DNA of 64,000 nt, taken from the NCBI RefSeq assembly GCF_018350175.1, contig NC_058368.1, positions 96,226,001 through 96,290,000 of the forward strand, in the 5' to 3' direction. How positions within the stretch are numbered: the first letter of the stretch is position 1; each line of letters begins with the position of its first letter. Under the pieces are notes generated by a model, which was not told the origin of the DNA, did no database searches, and saw only the letters and a list, made by a program, of their open reading frames with translations. The position numbers and the translations under genes were made by a program. Below are positions 50,890 through 62,320 of the stretch, piece after piece. This DNA is from Felis catus. Lineage: Eukaryota.

Positions 50890-51114
50890 GATGCCCCAGA
50901 CAGAAAACACCACAGCACCTGTCTGGGGAGAAAGGGAAGTGAAATCAAGATAGGGGAGACCACTGACCTCCTAAAGTAGAAGATCAATCGCCTCCAAATC
51001 TAAGCTGACGAACCACCACTGTCCGTGAGCTTGCCCTTAGACCTTCATTGCTAATGCCCGCACAATGGCAATGACTTCTGCCTGTCATCACTTCCTAGGA
51101 TCCCACAAGTAAGT
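50890..51114 (+). promoter_or_regulatory. Candidate promoter/enhancer and possible first exon
   Basis: Inverted CAGAC/GTCTG pair, ACCACA, CACCTG, GGAAGTGAAA (50935-50944), TGACG, ACTTCCT; Kozak-context ATG at 51065; consensus donor CAA|GTAAGT at 51108/51109. Confidence 0.35.
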
Positions 51115-52019
51115 CATATTTCCAATGTGTGTGACAGCTGGAGAAGCTGGAGAAGTTTTATTTGTCTCTAAAACTTCCGTGAAAACATCTGAATCCCGAA
51201 GAAACAAGCATAATAAAAGAAACATGGGTTCCATGTTGGAAACGATGAGGTATTTCAGCTAAGGCTAGAGAACATGAGGGGAGATGAAAGAAAAGGCAAT
51301 TGCCTCTTGTCTGCTTAAGAATAATGTGCATAGGAATAACTACAGTAAGCAGTGGTACAATCCCATTCACATCTTTGACCTGTGAGGTCAGAGGTAAGGC
51401 CACCTGTGCTGCAGGACAATCAGGAGACCTATTTCAAGCCAATAGATGCCTATAGCAAATGTTCTGTTTGCTTAAAGCCACAATGAGCAGAAAGCCTCAT
51501 GCTCCATTAAAGGGACCCTGTAGGGACTGGCTTCTGACAAGAGCAGCCCTGGCAGGCCCTAAACAGGACTCCTGATGGTTTTGGGAAACATGAAACAGAA
51601 AGTGTTCATTGCAAAGCCACACTTTTTCATTCCCACTCTCATTTTCTCACTCTTCCTGGGCCGCCATATCTCTGGATTTGCATAGTAAATGTTTCCAATC
51701 CCCATGAAAGCCAGAGGAAATAATAGATTTACTGTAATTTGAGATAGATATCCTCACCAATCCCAAAGAAAGTTTATTTCTGTTTCAACATATTCATCTT
51801 TATCAATGAGATTAATACTTACACAGTAAATAGAAAAAAATAGCATATCTTGAAAAGGATAATACAATATGTTCCAAAGAAAGCAGAGCAAATATATCCT
51901 CTGAAATAGAGTAGTGCAAAGAAGAAAATGACATTTTCAAATGTTTAATTTGTATTTTTAATAAGATTTTTGAGATATTGCATCTGTGAAACCACAATAG
52001 CCCCATGCAGAGGTGAGGA

Positions 52020-52960
52020 AAATCATTCCTTCTGCAAGTATTTATTGCTTAGCTGCCCCAAGCTACGCTCTGAGTACCCCATTATGAACAAAGAAGATAC
52101 CCTTCTTGACCTTAACGAAGTTTGCATTCAGATGGTAGCCACCCGCCTAAGCCCACTTACTTAAAATTAATTATGAGTGTCCACAGTGCTACAGAGATAA
52201 ACTGTACCACATGTCACACAGATAACAGGGGGCCACTCATCAAATCTGTGCAATCAAGGAAGGCTTCCCTGAGCAAGTGACATTTAAAGCAAGACAGAAA
52301 TTAGCCAGGCCAAGACCCGGGGAAAATATGAAGCACACAGAAGAAAAATCAAATGGGAAGCTTTAAAAAGAAGAAAAAAAAAATATATGATCAAAGAACC
52401 AAGGGGCCAGGAGAGTGTGAAAGCAAACCTGTAAAAGATTAGGCTGGACAGGGAAGCAAGGGCTAGGTTATCTCCAGTCTAGGAAGCCATACTGAGGAAT
52501 TTAAATTTTACCTTAAGACTAGTGGAAGCAACTATAGAACTATAAGTAAGAAAATGACATGAGCACATGTGTTTTTAGAATATCATTCTAGAAACTCTGG
52601 AGACTGGGTTGCAGAAGGTGGGAGATTATGGGGTAGGGAGTCTAGGAATGCATTCAAGCAGTCAGGAGGAGAGGTGACAGTTACTTGTAATATAAAGTTA
52701 TTCCAATAGATAGGAATCATTGGAATCCTGAAATAATTCATGGAAATGAAAAGCATTACTGCTGATGAAAATCTGCAATGGAGGAAATTATTGGTAAATT
52801 GAAAAAAACAAACTAGAGGCCATGACATTCTTGTAGAATCCATAGGAAAAGACCAAAAACATGAATACAGTGACAGAAATATTAGGAGGAGAGGTCTAAG
52901 GGATCACACATTAGGGGATCTAAGAGGTGAGAATGGCCAAATGAAATTGAAAAAAAAAAT
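52020..52960 (-). mobile_element. L2 fragment
   Basis: tcattccttctgcaagtatttattg...; aatcaaggaaggcttccctgagcaagtgacatttaaagcaagac. Confidence 0.7.
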
Positions 52961-53007
52961 GGAGCAGAGAAAAGATACAAGATGGTAGGGATTAAAGAAA
53001 GGAGCTA

Positions 53008-53220
53008 GGGGTGCCTGGGTGGCTCAGTGAGTTAAGGTCTGACTCTTGGTTTTGGCTTAAGTCACGGTCTCACAGTTGGTGAGCTCAAGCCCCAAATCAG
53101 GCTCTGTGCTGACAGTGCAGAGCCTGCTTGGGATCCTCTCTCCCCTCTCTCTCAGCCCCTACCCCACTCACTTTCTCCTTCTCTCTCTGTCTCAAAATAA
53201 TTCAACTTAAAAAAAAATTA
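53008..53220 (+). mobile_element. Can-SINE
   Basis: TSD aaaggagcta. Confidence 0.9.
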
Positions 53221-53224
53221 AAGG

Positions 53225-53740
53225 AGCTACCAAATTACAAAATACATGGAAGAAACTTAAATCCATATTGCTAAGTGAAAGAAGTTGGTTTGTAAAAGAC
53301 CCCTACTGTATGTTTCCAACAACAGGATGTTCTAGAAAAGTCAAAACCACAGAGATAATAAAACATCAGTGTTTGCTAGGGGTTCAGAGAGAGGGAGTAG
53401 GGATGAAGAGTTGGAACATACATCACTTTTAAGGCAGCAAGACTATTCTCTCTGATACTGTAATGGTGGGTACATATCATTCCAGACTTGTCAATACTCG
53501 TAGAACTGAACAATACAAAACATGTAACAATGTAAATGATAGATTTTAGTTCATCATGTATCAACATGAGTGCATTCATTATAAAATATGTACCTTCTGC
53601 ACTAATGAAAGATGTTAATTGGTAAAACTGTATTTGAGGGATGGTTGGAGAAAGGAATGTATGGGGATTCTGTGTAGTCTGCAATTTTTCTGAAAACCTA
53701 CAACTGCTCTTAAACAAATAAAATCTAATAAATAATACAA
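53225..53740 (+). mobile_element. L1MC-type 3' end
   Basis: catggaagaaacttaaatccatattgctaagtgaaagaag...tttttctgaaaacctacaactgctcttaaacaaataaa. Confidence 0.8.
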
Positions 53741-54218
53741 AACAAACTTCCAAAGGCAAAAAAAAAAGCCAGAATTTACAGAAAAAAAATGTTTACCAAG
53801 GATCTGGCACAATTGCTTGGCCCTGGGTCAATGACACCTAATGAAAGTAAAGCCAGACTGAAAAATGAGGTGTTTGGTAGTAATTAAAGTCAGCTAACAG
53901 ACAAACAGAAGAAGGACATAGATGGAGAGCAGGGGGGAAAAAATAAAGGTAACTGTGGATCATCTGGGATTAACTTTTAAAATAGGCAAAACCCAAGGGG
54001 AAAAATATCCATAATATCTTAAGTGAGAAACTGGAGCCCATGTTAGCCACCAGTCAGAGCAGACTGGACATGGAAAGACAGCATTTCCTTGGGTCTGGTC
54101 TGTGTGGTACATTCAGGTGGCTCTGGTCGCAGATGACATGCATAGAACTGAAAATGAAACGGTGAATCCTATCTGTTGAGCAAAAGCTGGGGCAGGCTAG
54201 AAAAAAAAAAGTGAAATG

Positions 54219-54425
54219 AGGGTCGCCTGGGTGACTTAGTCCGTTAAGCTCTTGATTTCAGCTCAGGTCATGATCTCGCAGTTTGTGAGTTCAAGCCCCG
54301 TGTTGGGCTCTGTGCTGGCAGCACGGAGCCTGCTTAGGATTCTCTTTCTCCCTTTTATCTCTACCCCTCCCCTGCTTGTGCTCTGTCTCTCTCAAAATAA
54401 ATAAATAAACATTTTTTTTATAAAA
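54219..54425 (+). mobile_element. Can-SINE
   Basis: TSD aaaaagtgaaatgag. Confidence 0.92.
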
Positions 54426-56144
54426 AAGTGAAATGAGAAGAAACGGTTGTTGGAAGACATAAATACATATTTCAGATATGAGCATTCCCACAAGTGGCTC
54501 ATTTCCTTGGGCAGATGGGGCAGCTGTAGGATACAATCACACTGGTTAGCATTGTATGCTTCTCCGCTGTGTGTTAACATATTTTGGGGCTAAAGTAAAA
54601 CTAGCAAAACTTTACTCTTTCTTGCCTTCTTCCAAAATCATCCCTTTTGCTGGAGCACAAGAATATTTCTTCTATTCTTCTTCTGTTTTATTCCCGGTTA
54701 TCCAGCTATCCCTTAGAGGGTGAGCTCTGGTACTCATTCCTAGGAATAAGCCTTGTATCTCTTTCTTTGTCTAAGAGCATATATTTTTCAGACCTTTGAG
54801 TACTTTCCACAGTGTTTTCTCATACTACCCTTAGTTTTTTTTTGTTGTTGTTGTTGTTGTTTGTTTTTTTTTTTGTTTTTTTTTTTTTTTTCTCCACAGT
54901 TAGAAGGACTGGAATATCAAGAGTTATAGAATCTCTTTGAAATTCATTGGCTGGATCAATAACACTGGGTGTTTTTGAATGGCAAAAGTTGAAAGAACCA
55001 AAATGCTCAATGGGAGACAGCATTGGTGATAGGGGATAAGGCCAACCTTTCCCTGCAAAGTACTAAAAACCATTTATTCATGAGAAAAGTTGGGAAGCTA
55101 CAACCAGAAAAGCCAAGACCAGTGGGTTCTTCTCCAAGAATGTATGAAAAATCTCTCTTAATGCATAAATACAAACAGTGATGAGCAAAACAATTACATT
55201 GCGGAGGAAGAAAAGGGAGGATCTTCTTGAAAAGAGGCATAATAAGCAAATTCATTTTACTGGGATTACAATAGTATCTCAAGGGTTGACTAGGAACTTA
55301 AACTTGTAGAAAGCTTGTTTTTTCTTAGATGAGTTGCCATTTTTCATTGTGAGCAAGGAAGAAAACTCTTCTAAGTATCATGATCATCTTTTTTTTCCTG
55401 TGATTCTGTATCAGTTAATATTTTCATAAGGGCAATTTTTAGAAGGAAAGAGAAGTTGTCTACATTGAATAAATGAATATGCTTTATAACACAACAAAAA
55501 TAACACGAGATCAATAAATTCCCATAATAACTGTTCCCTGCTCATGTATATTAGGCCAAGTTCACTGGACATCACATTGATTTTTATATAAATCTGAATG
55601 ATTATTTCTGACAGACTGCAAAAATTAAAAGGATACAAGGGCATCTGTAGTACTGCATAAAACTTCTCTGATGAAGCAACAACCCCAGATAGAAGAATCA
55701 TGAAAGTTAGGGGAAGAGTGATTCTTGAGTTTATCTTGACTGTAGAGAGAGTAAGAAAGGAAGATAGAAAAAGATCAGAGGACCTTTGGCTTGAATGTTG
55801 AACCAACCATGCCTTGGTCTCTGACACTGACCAATCTTGGACAATGGGCATTGAATCTTAGTTCAAACCTATTAATGAGTACTAATGCTATAGTGATAGA
55901 ACTCTTTCAGAAGTTACATCAACCAATTAAAATATAGGTGACAGTTCTCGATTCATTGAATGACACACAGAGAGACTCCAATTTAAAAGACTAGATGGTT
56001 CATAAAGTGACCTTTGTAAACATAACAACATATAATAAGGCGTATGCTTTCAAGTCAACTTCTAGTGCTTGGCTCAGTCAGTTTTGGACAAAGGAGTGAG
56101 TCACAGCACAAAGCACTGTGACCTATGAGTAAAAAATTGTTCAG

Positions 56145-56345
56145 AGGTGCCTGGATGGCTCCTCTCCTAAGCATCCATCTCTTGATTTTGGCTCTCAGGT
56201 CATGATCTGATAGTTCAAGGATTCGAGCCCCACAGCAGGCTCTGTGCTGGTAACATGGAGCCTGCGAGGAATTCTCTCTCTCCCTCACTCTCTGCATCCC
56301 CCTGCTTGCACACACACTCTCTCTAAAAATAAATAAATAAGCTTA
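56145..56345 (+). mobile_element. Can-SINE
   Basis: SINE body and aataaa tail. Confidence 0.85.
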
Positions 56346-56899
56346 ATTTTTTTTTTTCCATCCAGCTAGTACTTTCAGAGGTGTCTTGGAGTAGAGCTTC
56401 CTGTACTAATTAATAATTAATATTGATTGTGATTGATTCATCCAATCAACTCTATTTAGAGGAGACTCCATGTGACATTCTCCTCCCACTGCTGGCCATC
56501 TGGGCTTCCATTGTGACATCAGAGAGGAGGGATAATCATGCCTCTCTGGAAAGATTGGAAGGTCAGGTCACCATAGCTTTGTTTACTCATATTACAAAGG
56601 TCGTTTGGATGACTATAAATCACAAATAGCAACACATTCATCTTTGCAACCTGACTCTGAGGCTTTTGAGAATTCCCCTTGTTTTTCTGCATATGTTTAC
56701 AATAGAGAATGTTGTGGATAATAGTGAATGTGAATATACCTGGCCGATGCTTCTTGAAACTACCTAATAAGTTAGTGTAGAATTCACTCCATCATTAAAT
56801 AAAATTACACACTAAACACATTTAAATAAAATTGAAATTAAACATTTTTTTTTATTGCAAGACATCCGAATGTTTAAGATAGCTTATGAGTGTTGTGAC

Positions 56900-57385
56900 T
56901 TTGTTAACATTTGCTAAGCAGAGACCTGGGGTGTCAGATGGTTCAGCAAAAGACCACAATGGAAATTGCAGTAGAGAAGTAGACTGCACTGAGGTATTAG
57001 AGGAAATGTACTGCAGGCCTTAAGAGGCCACCACATGGGGAGGTCAAGGCGGAGTGCAGAGAGACGAAACCTAAGGTACCATCTTTATTAGGGTCCATGA
57101 GCGTAGTATTTGGGATTCCAGACTAAGACTGGATTGGTTAGTTCAAACCAAAAAAATAAAAAATGTTTTGGTAAGCTCCACAGGGGTCTTCTCTAAGGGG
57201 CACACAAGAGAAAAGTCCTGGGGAGACTTGCTCACAAGGGCTGCTAGGAAGCCATGCAAGGAGCTCACATTTGCTTGTGCTATCACCTCTTGGAAGGAGC
57301 TAGTATCAGTTCAAGGCCCCTGCAGGCTACCTGGCCACACAAAACGGATGCTGAGGCAGCTATATCATGGAGAAGTTTATCTCTA
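56900..57385. mobile_element. Probable ERVL-type LTR (MER74/76-like)
   Basis: ccacatggggaggtcaagg, atctttattagggtcca, aaaacggatgctgaggcag motifs. Confidence 0.5.
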
Positions 57386-58114
57386 CAGTGGGTTTCCATT
57401 AGGTGGACACAGCATGTGGTGTGTCACAATTTATGTGACTGTAGAGTCCTTCTGTGTAGCCTAGCGCCATACTCATTTCTGGTGTTTCACATTTTAGGAG
57501 GTGCTCCACTTGAACATCCCCACTGCTGCACTGTGTAATAAGAGTGAAACCAGATAAACCACGAGGAGTTCTTCTAGTTTTCTCATTTATGGTCAAAGAA
57601 GCTAATTGAAAGAGTGCCAGAAAAATCTTCCTCTAAATCACAAACTTCCTTTGGATTTTCCTCCTTTGGGTAAGTGTACCTTATTTGAAGACAATGTCCT
57701 CATTTGGAGTAATTAATTGATTATATGAATCATCCCATAGCTTACCTGTTATGGGAGTTGATCAGTGAATATACTTATCTAAAACAAATGTGAAGCTTGA
57801 AGTCAAAGTGTTTGTGCTATACAATGTGCTTAAATAAGTACAGGGTTGGTTTTTTGTTTGTTTTGTTTTTGTTTTCCCCCCAGGTAAATGTGGCAACCAG
57901 TGGTAGACACTTGATTGGCTAAATATTCTTTATTTTATTATACTTAATAAATAGTTATGGGTGGCCCTTATAAATATGTCAAAATATTAGTATATATATT
58001 TATATATGTGTGAGAGTATGTATATATTGGTGTGTGTGTATATACACATAATATATACCTAATCTTTACAATGCAATTGTATAAAAATTGTTTCTGAATG
58101 CTTACTGTTTATTT

Positions 58115-61100
58115 TCTTTAATTTTAATATTTTTAAATTTTTAATTGAAGTATAGTTTAGATATAATAATACTTTCAGAAGCAAAACATAGTGATATGGC
58201 AATTACATTATGAAACGCTTCATCATGGTAAGTGTAATTACCATCTGTCACTATACAGAGTTATTACAATCTATTTGACCACGTTCCCTATGCTGTACTT
58301 TACATCCTGTGACTTGTTTTATAATCTGAAGTCTTTATCTCTTAATTCCCTTAACTTATTTTGGTTATTCCCTGCAATATAGCTTTGGAGAATAGTTTCA
58401 AATCTAGGATTGTGATACCCAAAGCTTTGTTCTTCTTTCTCAAAATTGCTCTGGTTATTTAGAATCTTGTGATTTCATACAAATTTTAGAATTACTTGTC
58501 TTACTACTGGGAAAAATACTTCTGGTATTTTGATAGGGATTGAATTAAATTTCCCGATTCCTTTCAGTAGCATGGACAGTTTAATAATATTCTTCCAGTA
58601 TATGAGCATGATGTAGCTTCCATTTATTTGTGTCATCTTTAATTTCTTTCATCAGTGAAAACATTTTTATAGTTTTTAGAGTGTAGATCCTTGGTGAAAT
58701 TTATTCTTAGGTATTTAATCTTTTTGATGCAATCATAACTGAGAATGTTTTCATACTTTCCTTTTTCTGCTACTTTGTTATTAGTGTGTAGAAATGAAAC
58801 AGATTTCTGTGTGCTCACTTTGTATCCTTCACATGTTCTGAATTCATTTATTACTTATAATAGTTTTTGGTGGAGCCTTTGTAGGATTTTCCATATACAG
58901 TATCTGGTCATCTGCCAATAGTGACAGTTTTAGTTCTTCACCAATTTGGATTTCTTTTATTTCTTTTCCATGTCTGACTGCTATGGCTAGGTTTTTCAGC
59001 ACTTTGTTGAATACAGGTGGTTATAGGGGATATTCTTGTCTTATTCCTGATGTTCGAGGAGAGTTTTAAGCCTTTTACCATTGACTATGAAATTAGCTAT
59101 GGGTTTTTCATATATGGCCTTTATTATGTTGAGGCATGCTCATTCGTTGCCCACTTTGTTGAATGTATTTACCATGAATGACTGTTACATTTTCTTAAAT
59201 GCTTTTTCTGCATCTATTGAGATTATTGTGTTTTTTTTTTCTTATTCTTCATTTTGTTAATGTGGTGTATCACACTGACTAAATGCAGATGGTGAACCGT
59301 CCTTGTATCCTTGATATAAATCCCAGTTGGTCATTGTGAATGATCCTTTTAATGTATTTTTGAATTCCATTTGCTAATATTTTGTAGAGGATTTTTGTAT
59401 TTATGCTCATCAGAGATATTGATGTGTGATTTTTTTTTGTAGTATCTTTGTCCAGTTTTGGTATCAGAGTAACGCTAGCCTCATAAAATGAATTTGGGAG
59501 CATTTGTTCCTTTCCCATTTTTCACAACGGTCTGAAAACTATAGGTATTAATTCTTCTTTAAATGTTTTGTAGAATTTACCTGTGAAGCCATCTGGTCAT
59601 GGACTTTATTTTGTCTGGAGTTGTTGTTGTTGTTGTTGTTGTTGTTTTTATTATGAGTTCAACTTTATTAGTAGTCACTGTTCACATTTTCTATTTCTTC
59701 CTGATTCAGTCTCAGAAGTCCTCAGGTGGTTAGGAATTTATCCAGTTCTTCTAGGTTGTCTGATTTGTCAGAATATTATGTTTTGCAGCAGTCTCTTATA
59801 ATCCTTTGTATTTCTGTGGTGTTGGTTATAACTTTTTCTCTTTCATTTTTGATTTTATGTATTTAAATGTTCTCTCTGTTTCCTTGATGAATCTGGCTAA
59901 AGGTTTAACACTTTTGTTTATCTTTTTAAAGAAACAGTTCTTAGTTTTATTGATCTCTTACAATTATTTCTTAGTCTCCTTTTCTTGCTTTCTGCTCTGG
60001 ACTCTATTATCCTCCCTCCCCGGACTAACTTTGAGCTTTGTTTTTCTTTTTTTTTTAATTCCTTGAGGTATAAGGTTAGATTGCTTGTATAAAATTTTGT
60101 TTCTTGAGGTTGGCCTATATCACTGTAAACTTCCCTCTTAGAACTGCTTTTGCTGCTTCTCAAAGATTTGGAACAATTGTGTTTCTGTTTTCATTGTTTT
60201 TCTAAGTATCCCTCTTTGATTTCTTTGTTCACCCATTTTCTATTTAGTAGCATGTTGTTTAGCCTCCATGTATCCATGTATTTGTGGGGGTTTTCCTGCC
60301 TTTTTTTTGTTTCGTTTTGTTTTTTTTTACTGGTAGTTGATTCCTAGTTTCATACTGTTATGGTCAGAAAAAAATGCCAACTATGATTTCAATCTTCTTA
60401 AGTTGATTGAGACTTGTTCTCTGATTTAACCTGTGATATATCCTGGAGAATATTCCATGTGTACTTGAAGAGAATGTGCATTTTGCTGTTTTGGCATGGA
60501 ATATTCTGTCTATATCTGTTAAATCCATCTGGTCTAATGTGTCATTCAAAGCTACCATTTCCTTATTGATTTTCTGTCTGGATGATATATTCATTGATAC
60601 AAGTGGGGTGTTACAGTCCTCAACTCTTATTGTATTACTGTCAACTTATCCCTCTGTGTCTATTAATATTTACATTTTATATTTAGGTGATCTTCTGTTG
60701 GCTACATAGATATTAATAATATGCTAAGTCCCCATGTTGCATTGATGACTTTATCATTATGTAATGCTCTCATCTCTTGTCGTACTTTGTTTTAAAGAGT
60801 GTTTTGTCTAATCTAAATATTGCTCCCCAAGTTTTGTTTTGTTTTTCCTTCCATCCAAATGGAATATCTTTTTCCATCCCTTCACTTGGAGTGTGCATGT
60901 ATCTTTAGGTCTGAAGTGTATCTATGGTAAGCAGCACATCAACTTGTTCTTTTTGTATTTTCTATCTCTTGAAGTTCTATCTCTTACAGTTTTTATGTTT
61001 TCTATCTCTTGAAGTTCTCACTGAGTTTATTCATCTTCTCTCACACTGATGAACATCTTTATGACCATTGGAACTGTTTATTAGGTAGATTCCTTAGCTC

Positions 61101-62320
61101 TGTTTCTGTTTTTCTGTCTTATTCTTTCATTTGGAACATATTACTCTGTTTCATTTTGTCATACTGTCTGTGTTCATTACTTTGTCTGAAGTAAGTCAGC
61201 TCTTTCCTGGTCTTGAAAGTAATGGCTTCATATAAAAGTAATCCAATGGTGCCCTGTGGCACAATCCCCCCCCCCGCCCCCCACCCTGCCATCACCAGAA
61301 CCAGATGCCCCAGGGATGTCCCCTGTGTGGCCTGTGTTTGCCATTCTGTTCTCCTGGTCTTTGCCATGGTTGCACTGGTGGGCAAGGGATGCCCCAGCTT
61401 GGCTGACTGACAGGTCACCTGTAGCTACTGTGGGCACCCTGGTGTTTAGGGCTAATTCCCCTCTCCCTGGGGCTGGGGTTAGTCTGGAGTAGTGCCATTT
61501 CACACCCAGTGGCCAGGCCATAGTCGCTCTGTGGGGATGCCGGTCCAACTGAGGCTGCCTGCTGGGTGTGGCAGGGCTGGAGCCACATGGAGGGGCACTT
61601 TCCCAGGTGGTTGTGTTGGGTGGAGCAGGTCTGCAGGGGGACACCAGAGTGGGGCAATATGTGTAAGCAGGGTAGATAGAGAATGTTAGAACTGACTCCT
61701 GAAGATGTCTGATAAGTTGAAAGAAAGCAAGAAAAATGGCATCCACCAATTCTTCTATCCTTGGAGAAAGCTCCTTCAGATTCTTCTTAAAATTATGCAC
61801 ATGTCCTAAAATTATTCGGCACATGTCCTAAAATTATTCGGCACATTTCCATATATAACCCAGGCTTTTTTCATACTTCTACCTCTGATCTAAGTATCAC
61901 ACTGATTGATACAGCATGCTGTCCCTTTACATTTGGAGACTGCATTTCCTATAGCCCTCTGACTCTTTCAAAGTTAAGCCCTGTTGATTTTCAAAGCCAG
62001 ATATTATATATCTCTTGTTCCTGGTGAAGGTCCTGAAGGCCAAGTGTGCCCAGTGTGGGGCTTGATCTCCTTACTCCTCTGTGCTTGTAATATCCCTCCC
62101 TTTTGTGGGCAACCACACGGGGCATTTGGTTCCCAACCGTGTCTCTGCTGTTTTTCCCCTTTGCTGTGTGGCCTTCTCTTTATATCTTCAACTGTGGAAG
62201 GTCTGTTTTGCCCGTTTTCAGGTTGTTTTCAGAGTGAGAAGCATTACATGTAGTTGTCTTGGTGTGTCCAGGGGGGGAGGTGAGCTCAGGATCCTCCTCC
62301 TACACTGCCATCATCCCCGA
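58115..62320 (-). mobile_element. LINE-1 remnant spanning 3' UTR to 5' UTR with large internal deletions
   Basis: ORF2 fragments [15 protein letters not shown]...[16 protein letters not shown] (59279-59518) and SSRQKINKEMVALNDTLDQMDLTDI (EN domain, 60364-60594); GC-richer 5' UTR-like segment at 61200-62320. Confidence 0.93.

Noticed and set aside
61228..61824. Longest ORF in the track (198 aa, minus)
   Set aside because: Lies in the GC-richer L1 5' UTR-like region, has no recognisable domain, and overlaps several other chance ORFs.
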